Assembly (NCBI GenBank): GCA_024711205.1
Contig: JANJTH010000135.1
Location: 1-44,448, forward strand
Reading direction: 5' to 3'
From: Planctomycetota bacterium
GTDB taxonomy: Bacteria; Planctomycetota; J058
Length of the DNA stretch: 44,448 nt
Shown here in pieces: positions 22,203 to 31,122 of this stretch (its first letter is position 1; each line of letters opens with the position of its first letter). A program made the position numbers and the translations under genes. Below the pieces are notes generated by a model that searched no databases, had not been told where the DNA came from, and saw nothing but the letters and a program-made list of their open reading frames with translations.

Positions 22203-22322
22203 GGACCCCGGCGGGCAGCGCCGGGGAAGACGGTCCGGCGCGCGAGGCGCGCGCCTGGGCCGCCCCACGACGGTCTGATAGGGTGTCGCCCGCCCGACGG
22301 GCGCACCGCGGAGGGAGCCGGC

Positions 22323-25300
22323 ATGGCAGACGAGACGATCACGCCAGGGCGCACGAGGCGGCGGGGCTCCATGCTCATCGTCGCGCTCGGGATCCTGACC
22401 CTGCTCTCGGTCCTGGCGCTCACGTTCGTGTCCGTCATGCGGCTCGAGGCCGCGGCGTCCATGAACTACGTCGAGGGCGTCCGGTCGCGCATGATCGCGG
22501 AGGGCGGGCTCGAGCTGGCCATGGCCCAGCTCAAGATCCGGGCGGCCGGCGAGGCCTTCTCGGACCCCAACGTCGACTGGAACTACGCGAACGGCAACTA
22601 CTGGCTCCCGCTCGAGGAGTCGTCGCCCGTCCGCCGGGGCTCCGCCGACGACACGATCGCGCTCAACGACGTCCGCGCGTCCTTCGCGGGGAACATGGGC
22701 GCCTCCTACGCGGGCGGCCTCGACCAGTACAAGGTCAAGGTCGTCGACACGCAGACCCAGTTCAACCTGAACTCCGAGTTCGAGATCATCGACGACCTCG
22801 ACCACACGTACATCCGGTTCCTCGACGCGCTCGGCGTCGCGATCTCGCGGCTGAACCCGCGCGCGCGCGGCGGCGGCACGGGCGGCGGTCGCAACCCCGT
22901 GCTGAACGCCCGCTACCCGCGCGGCTCACCCAACGCCTGGCGCGGCGGCGAGGCGATCTACCGCTTCCGCATCAGCCGGGAGGGCCGGCGCTTCAACAGC
23001 AAGGCCGAGCTGCTCGAGGTCCTCGCCGACGCCGAGGACTACAAGCTCCTGCGCGACTACGTGACCACGCGCTCGTGGTTCGACCCGAACACGGTCCAGC
23101 CCGCGTCCGTCTCGGGCCTCCAGAACAAGCCCTGGTCGGACGTCATGCGCAAGGAGCCGCGCAGCCCGATCAACGTGAACCTGGCCACGACCGAGGTCCT
23201 CGCCGCGAACCTGGCCGGGATCGCCGGGCGCGGGATCTTCCTCTACACGGGCGACTACGACGCGCGCGACCAGCGCACGCAGCGGATCGACGCCGGGACC
23301 GCGTTCGAGTTCGGCGCCCACCGCGAGGAGACGCAGTACGGCACGACCGGCCTCCTCGTCTACATCTCGCCGTTCGGGTTCCAGCCCGGGGCCGCGCAGA
23401 ACGACCCGCCGATCGTCCACGGGGCGATCGAGGTCGCGCGCCTGATCAAGGACCGCCTGCGCGCCGAGGGCCCGTTCAGGAGCTACGCCGAGTGGGAGGC
23501 CTGGGTCGACCTCCGGCTCACCGACTCGCTGATCGAGAACACGCGCGACCCGGACTCGGGCAACTTCGTGTTCCCGCGCGCGTCCGACGCGCGGATCCTG
23601 CTCCTGACCGAGCTCCCGCTCACGGGCACCCCGTCGGACGCCGACGTGAAGCGCCACCCGCGCTTCCGGGCCTGGTTCTACGACGCCGTGCGCGCCATGC
23701 TCAAGGCGAACTTCAACCCGAACGCGCGCACGTCGTCGTTCAACCCCGACGCGACCGCCCACCTCCCGGTCGACAAGGGCGGGCTGCTCTACTTCGCCGA
23801 CCCGATCAACCCGGGCTCGACCGTCTGGCAGCGTCAGACCCTCGAGTGGTGCTTCGCGCCCAAGGGGATCTTCGAGATCACCGCGCTCGGCGAGGTGCTC
23901 GGCCCGCCGCCCGCGGACATCACGAAGGGCACCGAGCGCCAGATGTTCGCCCAGGCCAAGATCATGGGGATCCTCCAGCTCTACGAGACGGAGACCCACA
24001 CGACGCAGCGGCATTTCGAGCGCAACGGCTACGCCTTCCGCGCCGAGCGCGAGCTCGTGAGCAGCCAGCCCGTCCCGCGGATCTACTGGGACCCGCAGGC
24101 GGAGGCCGCCGCGCAGCAGCAGAACCTCGAGCGCGGCCAGGGCCAGTTCCTCGCCGCGAGCGACGAGGAGGGCTACCTGCAGCTCGCGACCCGCACGCAG
24201 ATGGCGAGCGGCGCCGACCCCTCCATGCCGCCCACCTACGACACGGGCGTCGTCGACCTGGGCAACCGGCGCTTCGAGCTCCTCATGCAGGACCGGCGGA
24301 TCGAGAACCCGGGCACGCCCATGGCGACGCACCCCGACCCGCTGATCGCCGACACGTCGGGCGGGCTGCGCAACAACCCGAACCAGGGCACGCCGGCCCA
24401 GGGGCGCCCGGTCAACGGCTACGGCTGGCCGTTCGGGACCGCCCGCCAGGGGATCAACCCGCTGACCCGCTCGGCCACGGCCCAGCAGGCCTGGCGCTGG
24501 GACGTGCTGCGGCCCGACGGCTACCTGAACAGCGAGCTCCGGCCGTCGCACCTGTGGTTCCGCGCGAGCGACCGCAACAGCCAGGCGCTCACGGGCCAGC
24601 CCGACGGGCGCCTCCGCGGGCACTCGTTCGACAACCTGACGGACGGGGGCAACGTCGCCCCGACCCCGCGGGGCGGCGTCGAGCTCTGGTACAAGCCCGA
24701 GTTCGACTGGGCGATCCGCCAGGGGGTCAACGGCGCGAACCTGACCGACATGCCCGACCAGCGCTTCTGCGGGCTCCTCGGCACCTCGCACATCACGCAG
24801 AACATGACGGCCTTCCAGGGCGGGCCGTCGCCCGCGCTCGGCTCCTGGACGCGCGGGACGCAGATGTTCGTGACGCGCAACACGTCGGGCGAGCTGCGGA
24901 TCACGCGGATGTACTTCGAGGTCGTCGGCCCCAACGGCCACCTCCAGGAGGAGCCGCTCGTCGAGGACCCGGCGACGCCGGGCACGCTGATCCGGTTCAG
25001 CGAGTACTACAACCGGGCCGGCACGAACCTGGCCTACGTGTGGCCGCCGAAGGAGCTGCTCAACATCCCGCCCCCCTGGAACAACCTCAAGCTCGCGCGC
25101 CAGGACGTGTGGGTCCCGTTCCAGCAGCTCCGCCCGTGGCGCGCCCACGAGTGGCACCACATCGCGATCTGGTGGGACGACTTCGCGCCCGACATCAAGG
25201 TCTGGCTCGACGGGCGCCCGGCGCCGGTCGTCAAGCGCGCGCCGCCGCTCGGCCCGCGCTACGCCCCGCAGGTCCCGAACCCGGCCGGCCAGGGGCCGCC

Positions 25301-26054
25301 GGTCCCGGCGCCGCAGGGCAACCCGCCCGGGCCCGCCGAGCTGCCGGCGTTCGTGCGCCTGAACCACATCACGGGGCCGACGACCTCGCCCTCGGGCGTG
25401 CCGCAGCCGCAGTACGAGGACTCGGTGTGGCCGAAGGACCAGATCACGATCGGGTCGGTCCGGCGCGAGCAGGCGGCCGCGGGCGGCCTGTTCAAGCACT
25501 TCGCGGGGACCCGCGAGCCGCTGCTCCCGGCGAACGGGACGGTCGACGACGTGCGCTTCTTCGACGGGAGCCGCCAGCCGACCACGAACGTCCCGGCCGA
25601 GCGGTTCGAGATCGGCGAGTGGGCGAACGAGTTCGACCTGTCCGAGCGGTTCCCGAGCACGGGCGGGACGCTCGAGCTCGCGAGCCTCTCCTTCACGGCC
25701 TACCTGCCGCGCGCGCACGCGGCGCAGACCTTCCCGAACGGGGCCGGGTCCGTCGTCGTCGAGTTCCGCGTCGTCGCGGCCGGGCAGTCCTGGGCCGCGC
25801 CCAAGCACCAGTTCCCGCACTGGGTCGCCGTGTTCGACAACGTGCGGACCGGGCGCTGCTCGATCGACCTGAAGGACGACGCGGGCGCGCCGATCCGGAT
25901 CGAGCGCACCGACCGGCTGATGTACCGGGTCGAGATGGCGCCCGCGAGCTCGGCGAACAACTACCCGATCGCCTCGCCCGTGCTCGACGACGTGTCCCTC
26001 GTGTTCCGCCTCCCCTCCCCCGTCGTGCTCCTCAAGGAGCGGGTGAACGACTGA
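22323..26054 (+). CDS. Giant PilX/GspK-like minor (pseudo)pilin with C-terminal LamG/ConA-like domain (1243 aa)
   Basis: Class III signal RRRG|SMLIVALGILTLLSVLALTF without Glu+5, AEGGLELAMAQL (PilX_N), INVNLATTEVLAA (GspK-like), GGVELWYKP, WHHIAIWWD, NGTVDDVRF (LamG-like). Confidence 0.8.
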   Translation: MADETITPGRTRRRGSMLIVALGILTLLSVLALTFVSVMRLEAAASMNYVEGVRSRMIAEGGLELAMAQLKIRAAGEAFSDPNVDWNYANGNYWLPLEESSPVRRGSADDTIALNDVRASFAGNMGASYAGGLDQYKVKVVDTQTQFNLNSEFEIIDDLDHTYIRFLDALGVAISRLNPRARGGGTGGGRNPVLNARYPRGSPNAWRGGEAIYRFRISREGRRFNSKAELLEVLADAEDYKLLRDYVTTRSWFDPNTVQPASVSGLQNKPWSDVMRKEPRSPINVNLATTEVLAANLAGIAGRGIFLYTGDYDARDQRTQRIDAGTAFEFGAHREETQYGTTGLLVYISPFGFQPGAAQNDPPIVHGAIEVARLIKDRLRAEGPFRSYAEWEAWVDLRLTDSLIENTRDPDSGNFVFPRASDARILLLTELPLTGTPSDADVKRHPRFRAWFYDAVRAMLKANFNPNARTSSFNPDATAHLPVDKGGLLYFADPINPGSTVWQRQTLEWCFAPKGIFEITALGEVLGPPPADITKGTERQMFAQAKIMGILQLYETETHTTQRHFERNGYAFRAERELVSSQPVPRIYWDPQAEAAAQQQNLERGQGQFLAASDEEGYLQLATRTQMASGADPSMPPTYDTGVVDLGNRRFELLMQDRRIENPGTPMATHPDPLIADTSGGLRNNPNQGTPAQGRPVNGYGWPFGTARQGINPLTRSATAQQAWRWDVLRPDGYLNSELRPSHLWFRASDRNSQALTGQPDGRLRGHSFDNLTDGGNVAPTPRGGVELWYKPEFDWAIRQGVNGANLTDMPDQRFCGLLGTSHITQNMTAFQGGPSPALGSWTRGTQMFVTRNTSGELRITRMYFEVVGPNGHLQEEPLVEDPATPGTLIRFSEYYNRAGTNLAYVWPPKELLNIPPPWNNLKLARQDVWVPFQQLRPWRAHEWHHIAIWWDDFAPDIKVWLDGRPAPVVKRAPPLGPRYAPQVPNPAGQGPPVPAPQGNPPGPAELPAFVRLNHITGPTTSPSGVPQPQYEDSVWPKDQITIGSVRREQAAAGGLFKHFAGTREPLLPANGTVDDVRFFDGSRQPTTNVPAERFEIGEWANEFDLSERFPSTGGTLELASLSFTAYLPRAHAAQTFPNGAGSVVVEFRVVAAGQSWAAPKHQFPHWVAVFDNVRTGRCSIDLKDDAGAPIRIERTDRLMYRVEMAPASSANNYPIASPVLDDVSLVFRLPSPVVLLKERVND

Positions 26055-27529
26055 TGCGCCACCACGACCGCACCCCCCGCGCCCTCGCCGTCGCCCTCGC
26101 CGCCGCGCTCGCGGCGGTCGCGGGGCCCTCCGGGCCCGCGGCCGCGCAGGACACGGCGCCCGTCCTGCGCGAGCTCCAGTTCAGCACCGGCACCCGCACG
26201 ACGCGGGCCCCGAACGGGGCCGTGCTCGTCGCGCTCGGGCGGAACCTGCACCAGTGCAAGGACGACAAGTGCCGCCACGACGAGGTCGAGGTGAAGATCG
26301 GCTCGACGAGCTGCATGGTCCTCAGCTCCACGTTCGACGCGATCGTGTTCTCCGTGCCCAACTACGACTGCCCCCCGGGCAAGCGGAAGGTCACCGTCAC
26401 GATCCGCGGGCGCGGCAAGGCCGAGCTCGACCTCGAGGTCGTCGACCCGACCAAGTGGCAGAACGAGGACGTCGCGCAGCGCGAGAAGGCGGCCGAGACG
26501 GGCGAGCTCGGTGGCGCCGGGGCGCGCGCCCCCGACGCCGAGGAGCGGATCCGCGACACGTTCAAGATCACGCGCTTCGAGCTGAAGCGCGACGCGGCCG
26601 GCTCCCGGTTCGAGGTCGACGCGACGACCGGGCAGCTCCCCGACGGGCTCACGATGAACGTCGTGCTCGCGTTCAACGACCGCGAGATCGAGCCCTTCAA
26701 GGCCCGGGTCCAGAACAAGCAGATCCGGGTCACCTTCGGCCCCTACACGCAGGAGCTCCTGAGCGGCAACTACTCGGTGAACCTGCTGTTCGAGCTGGGC
26801 AAGCAGCCGCGGGTCGTCGCGCGCAACTTCCTGCGGAGCCTCAAGCCCGAGGAGGCGCAGGTCTACGACCGGATCCACAAGCGCGAGTACCTGACCCACG
26901 GCACCGACGACGACGTGAAGCAGCAGCGCGCCGCGCTCCAGGCCCACTACAAGGGCCTGTGCGAGGACGCGGTGAAGCTGATCGACGACGTGGAGCGGGC
27001 CTTCGCCTCGGGCTCGCGCCAGTTCTTCCGCGACCCGGCCAAGGGCTCGGTGAACGAGGAGGAGTTCTCGGCCTGGGTCCAGCGCATGAGCCTCGCGACG
27101 ACGCCCGACGCGCTCGCGAAGGTCAAGAACGACTACCGCTTCTCGACCCGCGGCGGGCACTTCCGGCCCGACGAGTACAAGACCTGGGCGACCGACACGC
27201 TCGTCCCGGGCCTGCAGGGCCTGTTCCAGAAGCACCGCGACTTCCGGCAGGGGTACATCGCGTCGCTCGACCCGAAGGCCGAGATGCTCGGCGACTACAT
27301 GGTCTCGGTGATCTTCGAGCTGTTCAAGGAGTACACGCGCGTGCTCTACGAGCGGGCCAAGATCGAGGTGCCCGAGGAGCTGCGGGCGACCCCGGTCGAC
27401 CCGATCGCGGCCCCCTCGATCTCGCGCAAGTTCTTCGACGCGCAGCGCCGCCTGCTCCTCCGCACGGTCGGCCTCGGCAACCTCGTCGGCGACCCGCTGC
27501 CCGGCGAGGAGGTCCCCGGCAAGCAGTAG
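26054..27529 (+). CDS. Secreted IPT/TIG-domain protein, paralog 1 (491 aa)
   Basis: ATG overlaps the upstream stop (TGATG). Signal peptide ending PAAA|Q; PVLREL...GRNL...VEVKIG...IVFSVP...PG...VTVT (IPT/TIG pattern); a second beta domain and a helical C-terminus. Confidence 0.78.
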   Translation: MRHHDRTPRALAVALAAALAAVAGPSGPAAAQDTAPVLRELQFSTGTRTTRAPNGAVLVALGRNLHQCKDDKCRHDEVEVKIGSTSCMVLSSTFDAIVFSVPNYDCPPGKRKVTVTIRGRGKAELDLEVVDPTKWQNEDVAQREKAAETGELGGAGARAPDAEERIRDTFKITRFELKRDAAGSRFEVDATTGQLPDGLTMNVVLAFNDREIEPFKARVQNKQIRVTFGPYTQELLSGNYSVNLLFELGKQPRVVARNFLRSLKPEEAQVYDRIHKREYLTHGTDDDVKQQRAALQAHYKGLCEDAVKLIDDVERAFASGSRQFFRDPAKGSVNEEEFSAWVQRMSLATTPDALAKVKNDYRFSTRGGHFRPDEYKTWATDTLVPGLQGLFQKHRDFRQGYIASLDPKAEMLGDYMVSVIFELFKEYTRVLYERAKIEVPEELRATPVDPIAAPSISRKFFDAQRRLLLRTVGLGNLVGDPLPGEEVPGKQ

Positions 27530-27616
27530 GGCGCGCACGCGGCGCGCCCGGCCGCTCGCCGGGGTGCCGCGGGGCGCTCCAGGCTGGGCGCGGAGTCCTC
27601 GCGGGAGGGCTGGATC

Positions 27617-29095
27617 ATGCGACGACCGCCGTCGGCTCCATGGGGCCCAGGACCTCTTCCGAGGCTCCGCCGGGTGGCCGCGATCGGGCTGGCGTTCGTC
27701 GCGCTCGCGGCCTGCGCCGGGGCGGAGGAGCCGCCGCCCGTCCTGCACGAGCTTCAGTTCAGCTCCGGAACCCGAACGACCCGCGCCCCGAACGGGGCGG
27801 TGCTCGTGGCGCTGGGGCGGAATCTGCACCAACGCAAGGACGATGCGTGTCGCCACGACGAGGTCGAGGTGAGGCTCGGCTCGGCGAGCTGCATGGTCCT
27901 CGGCTCGACGTCCGACGCGATCGTGTTCCTGGTCCCACGGGACGATTGCCCTCCGGGCAGGGGTCGGCTCAGGGTCACGATCCGGGGGCGGGGCACGGCC
28001 ACGCTGGACCTGGAGGTCGTCGACCCGACCCGCTGGCAGGACGAGAGCCGGACGGGGCGCGCCCTCGGACCGAAGCCCGACGAGCGCCCGTTCTGGGTCC
28101 TCTGCGCCCGTTGCCGCGAGGCGCACGAGCCGTGCGTCGAGTACGTCTGGCGCGGCGGCCCACTTCGGCTCCGGCGCTTCGCGCTCGACCGCGACGCGCA
28201 GGGCCTGGCGCGGTTCGAGGCCCTCGCCCAGACCCTGCACCTGCCCGAGGGCGCGACGGTCCGCATGGCCCTGGGGCTCGGCGCCGTGGAGCTCGAGGCG
28301 CGCAAGGTGACCGTGGCGAACGGCGAGATGCGGGCGACCTTCGGCCCGTACGGGCGACCGCTCCCCAGCGGCACCTATGCGCTCGAGGTCACGTTCGAGC
28401 TGGCGGAGCAGCGGCCGGAGCTCGCGCGCGAGCTCCGGCAGGCCTCGGGTGTCGACCCGGCCGTCTTCGAGCGGCTGCAGGTCGGCGTGACCCTCCAGCT
28501 CGGCCACGACGACGAGATCGGCGCGCTCCACGCCCGGGTGCTTGCGCTCGTCCAGGCGCACCGCGCGGAGATCGAGCGGATCGTCGCGGCGCTCGAAGGT
28601 GGCTTCGGCGCCACCGCGCGGCGACTGCTCCGCGACCCCGTGACCGGCGCCCAGGACCAGGCGGGCCACGCGGCCTGGCTCGAGCGCGTGGCGCCCGGGG
28701 AGCTGCCCGAGGGCGAGATCGCCCCGTCCTTCGCCACCCCCGAGGGAGCGCTCGCGGCGAAGGAGCTGGAGGCCTGGGCCACCGGGCTGGAGCGCGCGCT
28801 GTGGCGCGCCGCCGTCCGGCTCGACGACCTCCACCGCGCCTGGGCCGTCCCGCCAGCCCCCGAGGTCGCGCGCCTCGGGCGGGCGCTCCGCGCCGACGCC
28901 GAGGCCCTGCTCCATGCGCGGGTCCTGGCGCTCTGCGGCCGGGCCGGGGTCCCGGTCCCCGACGCGCTCCGGCGTCGCACGGACGAGGCCGGCGAAGGGA
29001 CCACGGGCAGCGGTGCCGTCGTCCGCGCGCGCCTCGACGGGCACCTCCGCGCGCTCGAGCTGGCCGTCCAGCGCGAGCTCCGGCGCGCGGAGTAG
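27617..29095 (+). CDS. IPT/TIG-domain protein, paralog 2, possible lipoprotein (492 aa)
   Basis: N-terminal ~100 aa clearly homologous to paralog 1; LAAC lipobox-like motif; the C-terminal part is diverged but colinear. Confidence 0.72.
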   Translation: MRRPPSAPWGPGPLPRLRRVAAIGLAFVALAACAGAEEPPPVLHELQFSSGTRTTRAPNGAVLVALGRNLHQRKDDACRHDEVEVRLGSASCMVLGSTSDAIVFLVPRDDCPPGRGRLRVTIRGRGTATLDLEVVDPTRWQDESRTGRALGPKPDERPFWVLCARCREAHEPCVEYVWRGGPLRLRRFALDRDAQGLARFEALAQTLHLPEGATVRMALGLGAVELEARKVTVANGEMRATFGPYGRPLPSGTYALEVTFELAEQRPELARELRQASGVDPAVFERLQVGVTLQLGHDDEIGALHARVLALVQAHRAEIERIVAALEGGFGATARRLLRDPVTGAQDQAGHAAWLERVAPGELPEGEIAPSFATPEGALAAKELEAWATGLERALWRAAVRLDDLHRAWAVPPAPEVARLGRALRADAEALLHARVLALCGRAGVPVPDALRRRTDEAGEGTTGSGAVVRARLDGHLRALELAVQRELRRAE

Positions 29096-29208
29096 CGCTG
29101 GGCACGGCGACCGGGGGTGCCCACGCGGCGCCCGAGCCCCGACGTGCCGACCGGCCCGTCGGCGAGGAGCGCGAGCAGCCAGTCGGCGCCTTGCGCGCGA
29201 GCGCGACC

Positions 29209-30216
29209 TCAGGGCTCGAGGCCGGCGCGAAGCGCCGCGAGGCGGTCCTCGTAGCGCCGCGCGTAGTCGACCTGCGCGGCGGGGGTGAGGAACGAGCGGC
29301 GGATCAGCGCGAGGACGTCCTGGCGGGGGCCCTCGAGGAACGGGGCCAGGAGCCGCCGGGCCCTGGCGGCCGCGAGCCCCATGCGGCGCGCGAGCTCGAG
29401 GAAGCAGGCGCCGGTCGGGAACCCGCGGGCCTGGAACGCCGCGGTCTCGTGGTCGTCCTCGAACAGCTCGAGGGCGAGCCGGGACTCGTCGGGGAGGTGG
29501 AGCGAGGTGCAGATCAGGTCGTAGGCCGGCGTGAGCACGTGGTCGCCCGTGCGGGGCGTCTGGAAGAGCGAGAAGTTCTTCAGGTGCGCGTCGCCGTTCG
29601 AGAACGCGTAGCAGAAGACGATCCGCTGGAAGAGCCGCTCCGCCTCGACCGCGTAGGCGCCGCAGAATTGGCGGAGGGTCCGGGCGAGCCCCTCGTAGCT
29701 GCCGTCGTACTTGTAGTTGGGGCCGTGCGACTCGACCGAGCGCTCGAGGAGCTGGCAGAAGTCCTCCTGCGCGACCTTGCGGCCGCCGACGCGGTCGAAC
29801 CGCTTCGTGACGTAGGCCAGCTCGCCGTCGCCGAGGCGAATGCAGGCGTGGACCGCGGTCTCGATCCCGAACACGCGCTGCGCGAGGAGCATGGTCAGGT
29901 GCTCGTTCGCGGGGACGTCGGCTCGACCCTGGAGGTGCTCGGCGCCCGGCGCTGGCTTGAGGAGGTACTCGCCCTCGGTCACGGTCAGCTCGAGCCGGCC
30001 CCGGCGGAGCTTGAGCGAGACCTTCTCCTGCACGCCGGAGATCGACATGCGCCCCGCCGACCGGGCCCGGTGGGTCAGAACCTCCGCGCGGCTCACGGCG
30101 ACCCGGTGCGGGAACTTGCGGTCGCCGCCGGCGAGGCGGCGCTGCGCGGCCCGGGTGTACCCCTCCTCCGGGAGAGGGTCGAGGGTGCACAGGCAGCGCG
30201 GACCGTCAGGTGCCAC
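29209..30216 (-). CDS. hipA: HipA-family kinase toxin lacking the N-terminal subdomain (HipT-like)
   Basis: RMSISGVQEK loop, YLLKP, ANEHLTM, KRFDR, QEDFCQL, NGDAHLKNFS, LTPAYDL. Confidence 0.92.
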   Translation of the reverse strand: MAPDGPRCLCTLDPLPEEGYTRAAQRRLAGGDRKFPHRVAVSRAEVLTHRARSAGRMSISGVQEKVSLKLRRGRLELTVTEGEYLLKPAPGAEHLQGRADVPANEHLTMLLAQRVFGIETAVHACIRLGDGELAYVTKRFDRVGGRKVAQEDFCQLLERSVESHGPNYKYDGSYEGLARTLRQFCGAYAVEAERLFQRIVFCYAFSNGDAHLKNFSLFQTPRTGDHVLTPAYDLICTSLHLPDESRLALELFEDDHETAAFQARGFPTGACFLELARRMGLAAARARRLLAPFLEGPRQDVLALIRRSFLTPAAQVDYARRYEDRLAALRAGLEP

Positions 30217-30559
30217 GCGGGGGCTCCTCCGGGAGCGGGCGCACGGTCACCGCGCCGATCGTGTCCGCGTGCGCCGTCGCGAGGAGCCGTCCGAAGTGGT
30301 CGGCCTCGTCGAGGCGGAGCTGCTGGCACTGGAGCGCCTTGACCGACCCCTCCGCCAGCAGGCCGTGGAAGAACGCGAACAGGTGGGGAGCCTCGAACGG
30401 GCTTGCCCGCCGCGGCAGGGTCAGGCTCACCGGCGGGGCCGCGGGGTCCGCGAGGTAGGCCGGGTCGTAGGTGAAGCGATAGCCGGTCACGGTCTGCTCG
30501 AGGAGCCCCGCCAGGCGCTCGCCGACGAACACCTGGCCGCGCCGTTCGGGTCGGTTCAC
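30206..30559 (-). CDS. Stand-alone HipA N-terminal domain protein (Couple_hipA/HipS-like)
   Basis: AGLL...YRFTYDPAYL...PVSLTLP...LFAFFHGLLAEG...DTIGAVTV; overlaps both neighbouring genes. Confidence 0.9.
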   Translation of the reverse strand: MNRPERRGQVFVGERLAGLLEQTVTGYRFTYDPAYLADPAAPPVSLTLPRRASPFEAPHLFAFFHGLLAEGSVKALQCQQLRLDEADHFGRLLATAHADTIGAVTVRPLPEEPPRGT

Positions 30560-30777
30560 GGGACGCCGGCCCCCGGCGCGCGCGGCCGGATCGAGACCTC
30601 GAGCCCGAGGACCCGCAGGATCCGCGTGAGGACCTCGAGCGTCGGGTTGGCCCTGGCCGTCTCGACGTTCGCGACGGTGTGCACGGCGACCTCGGCCAGC
30701 TCGGCCAGGGTCCGCCTGCTGAGACGAAGCTCCTTACGTCGCCCGCGCACGGTCTGCGCGATCTCCTCGGCAGTCAA
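30556..30777 (-). CDS. hipB: HipB-like XRE helix-turn-helix antitoxin/regulator
   Basis: VRGRRKELRLSRRTLAELAEVAVHTVANVETARANPTLEVLTRILRVLGL; TTG start. Confidence 0.85.
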   Translation of the reverse strand: MTAEEIAQTVRGRRKELRLSRRTLAELAEVAVHTVANVETARANPTLEVLTRILRVLGLEVSIRPRAPGAGVP

Positions 30778-30790
30778 TTGCGGCTCGTTT

Positions 30791-30900
30791 CGATCATTTC
30801 CATGGACGTTCTAACTGGGGTTTTGGCCCCTGGCGAGTCGGCCGAGTCAATTATCCATTTTCATGGGCATTCAGGCATGGGATCGCCATGGATCATGGAT
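30791..30900. promoter_or_regulatory. AT-richer hip promoter region with repeated CCAT-N4/5-ATGG operator-like palindromes
   Basis: cgatc-atttccat-ggacg (30791-30808), tatcc-attttcat-gggca (30852-30869), gccat-ggatc-atgga (30885-30899). Confidence 0.5.
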
Positions 30901-31122
30901 TCACCTGCCAAAAATGTCAATCCCATGGGCAAACGGTCGTGGGCCCGCGGGAGGCCCCGAGCCAGCCATGCACCCCCCGCAGAGCGCCAGGGCTCCCGAG
31001 AGGCCACCCGGGCCGCGCGGCCGCCGCCGCTCGCGCGGCTGGTTGCCAGGCGTGCGCCCGAGGGCTAGCCTTCCGCGCCTCGCCCCGCCGCGCGTCGCCG
31101 CGGCCTCGCAGGAGGGTCTCGC

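Noticed and set aside
22178-27529. 1783-aa ORF as a single giant protein
   Set aside because: Only the part from ATG 26054 has a signal peptide and coding-like composition; the upstream part is a shadow of the pilin gene.
20199-29095. Diversity-generating retroelement TR/VR pairs in the duplicated vWA or IPT genes
   Set aside because: Differences are not adenine-specific, many are synonymous C/G changes, both copies are full ORFs, and no reverse transcriptase is in the window.
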